Under the pieces are notes generated by a model, which saw only the letters and a list, made by a program, of their open reading frames with translations, was not told the origin of the DNA and made no database searches. A program made the translations under genes and the position numbers. Shown in pieces: positions 15,179-23,147 of a DNA stretch of 24,000 nt; position 1 is the first letter of the stretch, and the number at the start of each line of letters is the position of its first letter. The DNA is from Microbacterium phage Floof, in sequence record MH271298.1; one strand, given 5' to 3'.

Positions 15179-16714
15179 ATGGATCAAGACCTCGCCAAGC
15201 CTACCCGCCGCCCACGCGCCGTCCTGTACTCCCGCCTCTCCCGCGCTTCCATCGTCTCCACCTCCATGGAAGGGCAGCGCGAGGACCTCCACGGCCTAGC
15301 CGCCCGCGAGGGCTGGGACGTGGTCGCCGCCTTTGACGACGAGGGCAAGAGTGGAGGCCGCAAGCGGGCCAACGCCGAAGAGGCCTTGCGCATGATCCGC
15401 GACGGCGAGGCCGACATCCTGGCCGCCTACAGCGTGGACCGTTTCAGCCGCCAGGGCATCGGCGAGGATGCCGAGGTCATCCGCATCATCCAGGCCCGCG
15501 AGCACGCCGCCCGCCGTGGCGACGGACCGCCCGCCCTGGCCTACTTCGTCCGCGAGGGTATCCGCAGCGACTCCGGCGACGACTGGCGACTCAGGTACGC
15601 CCTCAGCTCTGAGATGGCATGGAAGGAGCGGGAGCTAATGGTCCAGCGCCGCCAGCGCTCCATCTACCAGCTCCAGGAGCAAGGCCGTTTCAGCGGTCGC
15701 GGCCCCGCCCCCTGGGGCTACCGCTCCGCTCCTCACCCGTCCGGCGCTGGGCGAACCCTGGTCCTGGACGAGACCGAGGCACACGACATCCGCGAGGCCG
15801 CAGCACGGCTCATCTCCGGCGCGTCGGCGACCAGCGTGGCCACCGACATGACCGCCCGAGGTGTCCCCGCCCCGCGCTCGCCCTACCGCCTGGCACTCCT
15901 CAAGGGCGAGGACCCGACGGGGCTGGCCACTGGCTTCTGGGGTATCGGCAACCTGATCCAGGCCCTTACCTCGCCGTCGATCACGGGCCGCATCGTCCGC
16001 CACTCCCGCCAGACCAACGCGCTGGGCGGCGAGACACGCGCCGGGACCCCCGTACTCGACGCGGAAGGCAAGCCGCTCCAGGCGTTCCCTCCGGCGCTGC
16101 CGTTGGGCGACTGGCTGGCCCTACAGGAGCGTTTCCAGCGCGGACAGGGCCGGGGCCAGCAGCGCACGCGCAAGGCGGCCAGGCTCGCGTCTGGCCTTGT
16201 CTGGTGCCAGTGCGGTGAGAAGTGCTACGTCATCAAGTACGGCAGGGAGACGCGCTACCGCTGTGCATCCAGGTCCAAGGGCATGATCCACTGCCCCGCA
16301 CCCTCCATGTCCGCTGACGTGGTTGAGGACATCATCACCCAGCACTACCTCGCCACCGTCGGCAAGCTGCCCGCCATCGAGCGCATCGAGTCCGACGACG
16401 CCCCCGAGCTGGCCGAGGCCCTGGCGCTCGCCGCGGATGAACTCCGCCGCCTTACCGCGGACATGACCAAGCCCGGGGCAGACATCATGACGCTGGCCAC
16501 CGAGGTCGCCAAGGCCTCCGCACGGCGCGACGAGCTACTGGCCCGCCCCTCAGAGCGCCACGTCTCCTGGAGGCCCCTGGGCGGCTCCTGGGCCGACGTG
16601 TGGCAGACCTCCGACCTGGAAACCCGCCGCCGCCAGCTCACTGAGGCCTATGACCACTGGGAGCTACGCACTCCTGAGCACGAGCCGCGGCTGGTCCCCC
16701 GCACCGCCGAGTGA
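15179..16714 (+). CDS. int: large serine integrase/recombinase
   Basis: VLYSRLSRASIVSTSMEGQREDL...VVAAFDDEGKSGGR...YSVDRFSRQG; recombinase domain; zinc ribbon CQCGEKCYVIKYGRETRYRCASRSKGMIHCPA. Starts at 15143 (TTG) or 15161 (ATG) are also possible. Confidence 0.92.
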   Translation: MDQDLAKPTRRPRAVLYSRLSRASIVSTSMEGQREDLHGLAAREGWDVVAAFDDEGKSGGRKRANAEEALRMIRDGEADILAAYSVDRFSRQGIGEDAEVIRIIQAREHAARRGDGPPALAYFVREGIRSDSGDDWRLRYALSSEMAWKERELMVQRRQRSIYQLQEQGRFSGRGPAPWGYRSAPHPSGAGRTLVLDETEAHDIREAAARLISGASATSVATDMTARGVPAPRSPYRLALLKGEDPTGLATGFWGIGNLIQALTSPSITGRIVRHSRQTNALGGETRAGTPVLDAEGKPLQAFPPALPLGDWLALQERFQRGQGRGQQRTRKAARLASGLVWCQCGEKCYVIKYGRETRYRCASRSKGMIHCPAPSMSADVVEDIITQHYLATVGKLPAIERIESDDAPELAEALALAADELRRLTADMTKPGADIMTLATEVAKASARRDELLARPSERHVSWRPLGGSWADVWQTSDLETRRRQLTEAYDHWELRTPEHEPRLVPRTAE

Positions 16715-17070
16715 CTCCCCGGCGTAGGCCGCCCTGTGCGTCCACGGCGACGCCGGAGAGTGTCATAGGAGTGAGCCTGGAGACGCCAGAGTGCGCCGGG
16801 GATGCTGCCCATAACGGTTATGTCACGGTCAAATCGGTGTCAGACCCCAGTCGTAAACTTGTTCGACTGACGTTCTGACGCAACTTTCGTCATTTCTCTA
16901 TCCAGCTTCTAGTCTCTCTCTCACTCAAGGCTGGATAGAGATATGACGATTGTTTCGTCACTTCGTCACGCCATCCCCACCAGTACCCCAGGAGTAATAC
17001 CCGTGTTGTGCAGCCACCATCCCCGTCTAGTCCAGGCTCCCCCGACCGTGACCGGCACCCTTCTCTCTTC
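16715..17070. other. AT-richer intergenic region; attP candidate zone and structured elements
   Basis: CATAAC-G-GTTATG (16810-16822) and TCTCTATCCAGC (16895-16906) / GCTGGATAGAGA (16930-16941), 12 bp perfect; directly 3' of int. Confidence 0.45.
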
Positions 17071-17412
17071 ATGCCCAATCTGAGCGTCGAGGAGGCGGCC
17101 CGGGACCATGTCTACCATCTCCGCCACCGGGACCTCCCTGTGCATACGCACGGGCCTGGGGACTACATCCTCACGCCGCTCCTCCGCAGCCTGGACCGAG
17201 CCGTGGCCGCCGTGCTGGAGCACTTCACGGACGTGGGAGGCGGGGTGGAGGGCATCACGTTTACATACGCCGTCCTGGCCGATCACGCCGCCCGACTACC
17301 GGGGGGAGCGTTCCACGAGTTCGCCGGTCCGTCCGACGCCCTGGAACAGGCCACCGAGGCCCTACGCTTCGATGCCATCCCCCGCCCCGAGACCTCCACG
17401 CCAGTCCATTGA
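17071..17412 (+). CDS. hypothetical protein, 113 aa
   Basis: MPNLSVEEAARDHVYHLRHRDLPVHTHG... Confidence 0.6.
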   Translation: MPNLSVEEAARDHVYHLRHRDLPVHTHGPGDYILTPLLRSLDRAVAAVLEHFTDVGGGVEGITFTYAVLADHAARLPGGAFHEFAGPSDALEQATEALRFDAIPRPETSTPVH

Positions 17413-17436
17413 CGTGGGGGCTTCGGCCCGCCCAAG

Positions 17437-17473
17437 TTGCGCAAGGAGCTTTGCGGACGTATACTCCTATACA
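17437..17473 (+). promoter_or_regulatory. promoter/operator S7 (leaderless)
   Basis: TTGCGC (17437-17442)-N17-TATACT (17460-17465); palindrome CGCAAGGAGCTTTGCG lies in the spacer; ATG at 17473. Confidence 0.8.
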
Positions 17474-17859
17474 TGACCACCGCAGCCCCCACCTTCGCCG
17501 CTGACCTCGCCCCGGGCATGACCATCATCGTGAACGGGTCGCAGCCCGTCACGGTCGCCGAGATCACCCGCCTGGACTCATCCTGGGTGTCCAACGGTGT
17601 CGTCCACTTCATGGCCACCAACGGGGTCCAGTACGGCCTCAAGCGTCTGGACCTCCTCCGCTTCCCCACCCGCATCGAGCTGGCCGCCGCCCTCTCCACC
17701 GCCCGCAAGGACATGGACCGCGCCTACGCCGCCAAGGGCACCACCGCCGCCCAGCTCAAGCGCGCCCGCTCCGACTTCAACGCCACGTCCCGCGCACTCG
17801 CCCGGGCCGAGGCCGCCTTCCGCGAGGCCGAGGCGCACTACCTCGCCGCGACCGACTAA
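17473..17859 (+). CDS. hypothetical protein from leaderless-type start, 128 aa
   Basis: MTTAAPTFAADLAPGMTIIVNGSQPVTVAEITRLD..., alpha-helical C-terminus. Confidence 0.7.
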   Translation: MTTAAPTFAADLAPGMTIIVNGSQPVTVAEITRLDSSWVSNGVVHFMATNGVQYGLKRLDLLRFPTRIELAAALSTARKDMDRAYAAKGTTAAQLKRARSDFNATSRALARAEAAFREAEAHYLAATD

Positions 17860-17888
17860 CCATGCCCACTCCACGCAAGGAGCCTTCC

Positions 17889-18203
17889 GTGAACACCTCA
17901 CCCGCAGCCCTCACCCCGTCCCCCGCCAAGCTCACCCTGGTCCCCGTGCCGCTCCACCGCGACACGGACGACGACCTCCTGGAGGAGCCGCGCGAGCGCC
18001 GCATCCACCACGACCCCCGCCCCGCCCTCCGGGACCCGCTCGCCTCTCCGGCGTACCGCGCCCGCTTCGGCACGAGCGGGGGCGCAGCGCAGCGCGGGAC
18101 GCGCCGTGCAGTGGTCACGCTCCCCGACCTCCAGCAGCGCCCCCGCCCCGAGGTCGCCGGGGTCCGCGCCATGTTTACACGCCCGACTGGGGCCGCAGCG
18201 TGA
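17889..18203 (+). CDS. hypothetical protein
   Basis: Open frame from 17862 (ATG) or 17889 (GTG); start uncertain because the degenerate element S8 overlaps the first codons. Confidence 0.5.
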   Translation: MNTSPAALTPSPAKLTLVPVPLHRDTDDDLLEEPRERRIHHDPRPALRDPLASPAYRARFGTSGGAAQRGTRRAVVTLPDLQQRPRPEVAGVRAMFTRPTGAAA

Positions 18204-18493
18204 GCGCACTAGCCATCGGCCTCCTCGCCATGTGGGCCACCGTCGCCCTGGGCGCACTCCTGGGCGGCGTCCTGGGTTACGTCACGTCCGACGACGCATC
18301 ACCGCGCCGCCTGTCCGCACGGCTCGCCATCCTCGCCCCGGTCTGGCCGGTGGTCCTCCTCGCGCTCGTCTGGCACTGCCTCCCTAACGTCGCCGCCGCC
18401 ATCGTCGGCTTCGTCTCCGACTTCGGTGGCACCATCGCCCGCTTCTTCCGCACCGCCGACCTCCCCGCCCTCTTCCGAAAGGACCCCGCATGA
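18200..18493 (+). CDS. membrane protein, 97 aa
   Basis: GTGA-coupled; MSALAIGLLAMWATVALGALLGGVLGYV...PVWPVVLLALVWHC. Confidence 0.65.
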   Translation: MSALAIGLLAMWATVALGALLGGVLGYVTSDDASPRRLSARLAILAPVWPVVLLALVWHCLPNVAAAIVGFVSDFGGTIARFFRTADLPALFRKDPA

Positions 18494-18969
18494 CCCTCGC
18501 CCCCGCTCGCCCCGGTCTCCGGCGCTTCGGCGACCTCCCCCGCCGTGAACAGCTCGCCGTCCGCATCCGCAACACTGCCGAGCGCCGCGACCGTGCCCGC
18601 TCCGGCTACATCCGGCTGCCTCACCACACCCCCCTGGGTGACAAGGGGTGGACGTATGCCCCGGACCGGGCCGCCAATCGGATCGCGAACTACGAGGAGC
18701 GCCTGGGCACACTCCTCTCCGAGCTGGCCGACGACATCCTGGACCGCCTGGAGGAGGAGCCGCCCGCCCCGTCCGCCGACGAGCTGGAGGACGCGCACTG
18801 GGCTGCCCTGACCGCCGAGCGCGACGCCCTCGCTGCCAAGCTCGCCGCCGTCGAGCAGCTCGCCGAGGCCTGGGAACTCCAGCGGGACCGCTACCGGCTC
18901 ACCGGTTCCTACTCCGCCGCGGGCGTCCTTGTCCGCATCACCACCCAACTCCGAGAGGCCATCGCATGA
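18490..18969 (+). CDS. hypothetical coiled-coil protein, 159 aa
   Basis: GAAAGGAC RBS; helical Glu/Ala-rich C-terminus. Confidence 0.7.
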   Translation: MTLAPARPGLRRFGDLPRREQLAVRIRNTAERRDRARSGYIRLPHHTPLGDKGWTYAPDRAANRIANYEERLGTLLSELADDILDRLEEEPPAPSADELEDAHWAALTAERDALAAKLAAVEQLAEAWELQRDRYRLTGSYSAAGVLVRITTQLREAIA

Positions 18970-19598
18970 CCCGCCGCCAGCCCCAGACCTTCTACACCTC
19001 CGACCTCCACCTGGGCCACGAGAAGGTCGCCGCCATCCGCGGCTTCGAGTCCACGACCGACCACGACATGGCCCTGACCGAGCGCTGGATGGCCACGGTC
19101 CACCCTGGGGATACCGTCTACGTCCTGGGCGACCTCACCGGGGGCAGCGCGTGGCGTCGTGCCCTGGAGATCATCGGCGACATGCCTGGCCGCAAGCACC
19201 TGATCGCGGGCAACCACGACGGCGTCCACCCGATGCACCGCCGCACCTACGCCAGCCACATGCCCGACTACCTCCGGGTCTTCGACACGGTCGCGCCCTT
19301 CCTCCGGCGTCGCATCGGCGGGCACGAGGTACTCCTGTCCCACTTCCCCTACGCCGAGTACGGCGAGGGGCCACACCGGGGCGGGGCCGCCGCGAGCCGT
19401 CATAACCAGTTCCGGCTGCCCAACCAGGGCCGTCCGATCATCCACGGGCACACCCACCAGAAGGAGCGCTCGTGGGTCCTCCTCACCGACCAGCCCGAGG
19501 TCCCGCACGCTTGCGGTCTGCACGTCGGCGTAGACGCCTGGGACCTGACCCCAGCGCCCCAGGAGGCCCTCATCTCGATCCTGGACGGCTGGAGATGA
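18966..19598 (+). CDS. calcineurin-like metallophosphoesterase
   Basis: FYTSDLHLGHEKVA, VYVLGDLTGG, HLIAGNHDG, IIHGHTHQK. Confidence 0.9.
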   Translation: MTRRQPQTFYTSDLHLGHEKVAAIRGFESTTDHDMALTERWMATVHPGDTVYVLGDLTGGSAWRRALEIIGDMPGRKHLIAGNHDGVHPMHRRTYASHMPDYLRVFDTVAPFLRRRIGGHEVLLSHFPYAEYGEGPHRGGAAASRHNQFRLPNQGRPIIHGHTHQKERSWVLLTDQPEVPHACGLHVGVDAWDLTPAPQEALISILDGWR

Positions 19599-19873
19599 CC
19601 CAGCCCAAGCCCCCGGCCCCCAAGCGTCTCTGGGAGGCGACCACCCCGGGCTACAACCACGTCTCGATCCTCCGCAACGGGCACGCCACCCGCCCCTATA
19701 CCCTGCACGCCAACGACTACCGCGACCGTGTCGCCCTGTCCCTCTCCATCGCCGACCTCCGCAAGCTCCACAAGGCACTGTCCGACCTCTTCGCCACTGC
19801 CTACCCACACCTCATTGCCGATCCGTTGGCAGCCACCCCCGCTACCCTCACCTCTGAAAGGACCCCCGCATGA
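19595..19873 (+). CDS. hypothetical protein, 92 aa
   Basis: ATGA overlap with both neighbours. Confidence 0.65.
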   Translation: MTQPKPPAPKRLWEATTPGYNHVSILRNGHATRPYTLHANDYRDRVALSLSIADLRKLHKALSDLFATAYPHLIADPLAATPATLTSERTPA

Positions 19874-21099
19874 CCTCCTACCCCGTCACCCTGACCAAGA
19901 CCGCCGCTCCCGTGCTCGCCTGGGCCGACGAGTCCACCATCGAGGACGCCGCCCTCCAGCAGCTCCGCGACGTGTCGCAGCTCCCGGGCCTCCACGGCCT
20001 TCGCGTCATGCCGGATGTCCATTTCGGCAAGGGCGCGACCGTCGGCAGCGTCATCGCCATGGAGCAAGCCTTGGCCCCGGCAGCCGTCGGCGTGGACATC
20101 GGGTGTGGTGTAAACGCCGTGAAGACCTCGCTCCACCTGGAGGACCTGGACGCCACCGACCTCGCCAAGCTCCGCTCGCGCTTCGAGGCCGTCGTGCCCG
20201 TCGGCTTCGGCGCACATGACGCGCAGCGCGACTCCCGCGAGAACCTGCCCGGGTCCTTCGCCAACGCCGCCATCTCCCTCTTCGGGCGCTTCGGAGACCT
20301 CCACGCGCCGGTCGAGGACATGCGGACGCGCGCCCTCGCCTCCCTGGGCACCCTGGGCGGGGGTAACCACTTCATCGAGCTGACGACCGACGACGACAAC
20401 GCCATCTGGATCACCCTGCACTCCGGCAGCCGGGGCATCGGCAACATCCTCGCCCAGCGCCACATGGAGGTCGCCCGCGAGCTGCCCGAGAACCAGGACC
20501 TCCCCGACCACCTCCGTGAGCTGTCCATGTTCTACAAGGGCACCCCCGAGATGGCCGCCTACCTCCATGACCTCCGCTGGGCGCAGGAGTACGCCATGCA
20601 CTCGCGGACCATCATGATGGCCCTGGTGAAGCGGGAGCTGGTGGACTATTACGAGCGCTTCGGCCCCGAGCCGCTGGGCACCGTCACCTTCGGCGAGGAG
20701 ATCAACTGCCATCACAACTACGTCGCCGAGGAGGTCATCGACGGCAAGCCCATGATCGTCACCCGCAAGGGGGCCATCTCCGCGCGCTCCGGCGAGCTGG
20801 CGCTGATCCCTGGCAGCATGGCCACCGGCAGCTACATCGTCCGCGGCCTGGGCAACCCCCAGAGCTTCTACAGCGCGTCTCACGGGGCGGGCCGGAAGAT
20901 GTCCCGCAATGCGGCCAAGAAGCGCTACACCGCCGCCGACGTGGCACGCACCATGCAGGGTATTGAGGCCCGGACCGATGAGGGCGTGGTGGACGAGATC
21001 AGCCTGGCCTACAAGGACCTGGACTCCGTCATTGCCGCGCAGCGTGACCTGGTCCAGCCGGTCGCTCGCCTCCGCACCATCCTGTGCGTGAAGGGCTGA
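19870..21099 (+). CDS. rtcB: RtcB-family RNA ligase
   Basis: MPDVHFGKGATVGSVIAM, GVDIGCGVNAVKT, TLGGGNHFIEL, HSGSRGIGN, YSASHGAGRKMSR; 409 aa. Confidence 0.95.
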   Translation: MTSYPVTLTKTAAPVLAWADESTIEDAALQQLRDVSQLPGLHGLRVMPDVHFGKGATVGSVIAMEQALAPAAVGVDIGCGVNAVKTSLHLEDLDATDLAKLRSRFEAVVPVGFGAHDAQRDSRENLPGSFANAAISLFGRFGDLHAPVEDMRTRALASLGTLGGGNHFIELTTDDDNAIWITLHSGSRGIGNILAQRHMEVARELPENQDLPDHLRELSMFYKGTPEMAAYLHDLRWAQEYAMHSRTIMMALVKRELVDYYERFGPEPLGTVTFGEEINCHHNYVAEEVIDGKPMIVTRKGAISARSGELALIPGSMATGSYIVRGLGNPQSFYSASHGAGRKMSRNAAKKRYTAADVARTMQGIEARTDEGVVDEISLAYKDLDSVIAAQRDLVQPVARLRTILCVKG

Positions 21100-21117
21100 G
21101 GCTGTACAGTGATCGAC

Positions 21118-21369
21118 ATGACGACAGACCCCGTCCGCGACGACCTCCGCGACCGCCTCACCACCGAGGCCCGCCCCATCCGGGTTGAGGCCGTGGATGC
21201 CCGGGACCGGCCATACTCCCGCGGCATCATCATCACGGTCCAGGCGTCCGCCAACACGAGCATGTCCCTGGAGATCAACGCCCCCGAGGCGCTGGCCCTC
21301 CGTGACGCGCTGCACACCTTCATCTCTGCCCTCCCGGACAGCGAGCTGCACCCAGAGGACCAGACATGA
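21118..21369 (+). CDS. hypothetical protein
   Basis: MTTDPVRDDLRDRLTTEARPIRVEAVDARD...; GTG at 21109 is an alternative start. Confidence 0.6.
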   Translation: MTTDPVRDDLRDRLTTEARPIRVEAVDARDRPYSRGIIITVQASANTSMSLEINAPEALALRDALHTFISALPDSELHPEDQT

Positions 21370-21569
21370 CCGACGCCACCGCCGACGCTATCGCCGAGCT
21401 GGAGGCCTCCGCCGAGACCGTCGCGCAGCTCGTGGCAGCTCTGGAGAAGGCCCGCAGCGGCCAGCGCGCAGCCATCGCCAAGGCGGCCTCCGTGGGCCTC
21501 CCAGAGACCCGCATAGCCCAGCACGCGGGCGTCAACCGTATGACCGTCCGCTCAGCCCTGGGCAAGTAG
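21366..21569 (+). CDS. small HTH protein, 67 aa
   Basis: GLPETRIAQHAGVNRMTVRSALGK resembles an HTH. Confidence 0.6.
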   Translation: MTDATADAIAELEASAETVAQLVAALEKARSGQRAAIAKAASVGLPETRIAQHAGVNRMTVRSALGK

Positions 21570-21578
21570 CCCGACCGC

Positions 21579-21614
21579 AAGCCCCCAGCTCCTCATCCGG
21601 CGCTGGGGGCTTTC
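21579..21614 (+). terminator. Rho-independent-like terminator
   Basis: AAGCCCCCAGC / GCTGGGGGCTTT. Confidence 0.8.
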
Positions 21615-21616
21615 GC

Positions 21617-21692
21617 TATGCCCCGGGAAGGCATATCCCGTCGATATGCCCACGCAAGGCGACTTGCGCAAGGTGTTTACACGCTGTATAGT
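21617..21692 (+). promoter_or_regulatory. compound promoter/operator S9
   Basis: TATGCC-N7-GGCATA-N9-TATGCC (21617-21650), then CACGCAAGGCGACTTGCGCAAG and TTGCGC (21664)-N17-TATAGT (21687-21692). Confidence 0.8.
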
Positions 21693-21699
21693 CGTATAC

Positions 21700-21936
21700 A
21701 TGAACACCGCAGCCGCCACCGCCTCCTCCGCTTCCACCTTCCGCGTCGCTCACGCTGGCTTCGGCCTGGGCCTCCTGGGCACCGCGACCCCCAACGCCAA
21801 CGAGTTCGGCGAGATGCTCGTGACCTGGGACAACGGCGCGTCCGGCTTCTACACGGATGCCGAGGTGCTCCACGAGGGCAACATCGACCCGGACGCCGCG
21901 GGGGCCGCCCACTGGCTCGCCAAGCTCGCCGCCTGA
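21700..21936 (+). CDS. hypothetical protein from leaderless-type start, 78 aa
   Basis: MNTAAATASSASTFRVAHAGFGLGLLG...; TATACATGA context. Confidence 0.7.
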   Translation: MNTAAATASSASTFRVAHAGFGLGLLGTATPNANEFGEMLVTWDNGASGFYTDAEVLHEGNIDPDAAGAAHWLAKLAA

Positions 21937-21948
21937 GAGGATCAAGTC

Positions 21949-22128
21949 ATGTACCGCTCCGCCACTGTCGCCGAGATCGAGACCGCCGCCTCCAAAGCCC
22001 AGGAGGCCGCGGGTCCCGGCTTCATCGTCCGCCCCAATAGCTACGGCATCCGCGCCGAGTGCGTCGTATGTCACGAGGCCGCATCCCACGACCGCGCATA
22101 CCGCTTCTTCCACGAGCACACGCACTAG
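21949..22128 (+). CDS. 59-aa protein, not in the supplied ORF track
   Basis: MYRSATVAEIETAASKAQEAAGPGFIVRPNSYGIRAECVVCHEAASHDRAYRFFHEHTH. Confidence 0.6.
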   Translation: MYRSATVAEIETAASKAQEAAGPGFIVRPNSYGIRAECVVCHEAASHDRAYRFFHEHTH

Positions 22129-22141
22129 CCGCCCACTCCTC

Positions 22142-22172
22142 AAGGCCCCCAGCACCTCGCCGGGGGCCTTCT
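22142..22172 (+). terminator. Rho-independent-like terminator
   Basis: AAGGCCCCCAGC / GCCGGGGGCCTT then CTGG. Confidence 0.65.
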
Positions 22173-22181
22173 GGCGTCTCT

Positions 22182-22212
22182 GGGCAGCTCGCCAGAGCCA
22201 GGCGCACTCCTC
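22182..22212 (+). promoter_or_regulatory. GGGCA-N15-GCGCACTCCTC element, site E
   Basis: GGGCA at 22182, GCGCACTCCTC at 22202-22212; 27 nt before ATG at 22240. Confidence 0.75.
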
Positions 22213-22239
22213 TTCGACATCAACCGAGAGGACGCCAGC

Positions 22240-22611
22240 ATGGCCAACAACAAACTCACCCTGACCGACACCGACGGCGACTACCTGGAGATCGAGGAGT
22301 CCACCAGCCCCTCCGAAGGAGTCGCCTTCGTCCGGGCCTCCTCCAGCGGCGTCTACCTGACCGCCCGCCAGGTGCGCCAGCTCATCGACCGCCTGGAGCC
22401 GGTCGCCGCCCCGCCCGCCACGGCACTGGACACGTTCAACGACTTCCCACTGGGCCAGGTCTTCCAGTGGAGTGACGACCGATCCAAGCGTGTCAAGGTC
22501 TCCAAGAGCCACTACGCCGTCCTGAGCGCGCACAGCGGCAAGCCCTCCGTGTACGAGGCCGCCGACCAGCTCAAGGACAAGGCCGCCGACCGCATCAAGG
22601 CCGTCTCGTGA
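22240..22611 (+). CDS. hypothetical protein, 123 aa
   Basis: MANNKLTLTDTDGDYLEIEESTSPSEGVAFV... Confidence 0.7.
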   Translation: MANNKLTLTDTDGDYLEIEESTSPSEGVAFVRASSSGVYLTARQVRQLIDRLEPVAAPPATALDTFNDFPLGQVFQWSDDRSKRVKVSKSHYAVLSAHSGKPSVYEAADQLKDKAADRIKAVS

Positions 22612-22934
22612 GTGCGCTGGCCGAGCCGCCAGAGCTGCCCCAGCCTGGCTCCTTCGCCTCCAGCGCTCTGGACCGCAAGCTCCTGGCCATGTACCAGGAC
22701 CCGCTCAACGAGGCGACCGAGTCCCCCGCGGACTTCTTCGCACGGCGGCTTACGGCCCGCGCCGTTGACGCTGCCCGATCTCAGGGCTTGAGCGTCCACG
22801 CCTTCATCTCCGCCGCGGCCCGCCAGCTCGTGGCCGTCGCTGAGCTTCTCCCGGCGCTCCCGACCCCCGAGGAGCTGGAGGCCGAGCTGAGCTACCTGGA
22901 GACGCTCCCGACGGCAGAGGAGGGCGGCGCATGA
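22608..22934 (+). CDS. hypothetical protein, 108 aa
   Basis: GTGA-coupled start at 22608. Confidence 0.65.
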   Translation: MSALAEPPELPQPGSFASSALDRKLLAMYQDPLNEATESPADFFARRLTARAVDAARSQGLSVHAFISAAARQLVAVAELLPALPTPEELEAELSYLETLPTAEEGGA

Positions 22935-23047
22935 AGGGCACCTTCCGGCGCTTCGTCGTGGACTCCGAGGGCGTCGTAACCGTCCAGGAGTACCGCCTCA
23001 TCCACCGCCCCGGCTGGGTCTTCGCCGTGGCACTCATCTACCCCTGA
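22931..23047 (+). CDS. 38-aa hypothetical protein, not in the supplied ORF track
   Basis: ATGA overlap; MKGTFRRFVVDSEGVVTVQEYRLIHRPGWVFAVALIYP. Confidence 0.5.
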   Translation: MKGTFRRFVVDSEGVVTVQEYRLIHRPGWVFAVALIYP

Positions 23048-23051
23048 GTCT

Positions 23052-23072
23052 GGGCAGCCAGGCGCACTTCTT
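23052..23072 (+). promoter_or_regulatory. variant GGGCA-N5-GCGCACTTCTT element, site F
   Basis: Only the proximal half-site spacing (10 bp) is present; precedes the tRNA segment. Confidence 0.5.
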
Positions 23073-23147
23073 CTATGAGGGAGAAATACCCTTGTCCCCG
23101 CCGACTGGGCGCGTTGCTACTGATAACGGCCCAGCGCGGGGACCATC

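Noticed and set aside
17868-17895. CACGCAAGGAGCCTTCCGTG operator-like sequence (S8)
   Set aside because: Right arm is degenerate and no -10 box follows; similar to the decayed copy near 9930. Could be a weak site but not listed as a promoter.
18250-18266. GGGCGCACTCCTGG inside a membrane-protein gene
   Set aside because: Partial core match but no correctly spaced GGGCA and located mid-gene; treated as chance.
18650-18680. GGGCACACTCCTC in CDS 18490-18969
   Set aside because: Core mismatch, wrong spacing and internal coding location; not counted in the element family.
19801-21351. 516-aa reverse-strand ORF
   Set aside because: Antisense shadow of rtcB; same reasoning.
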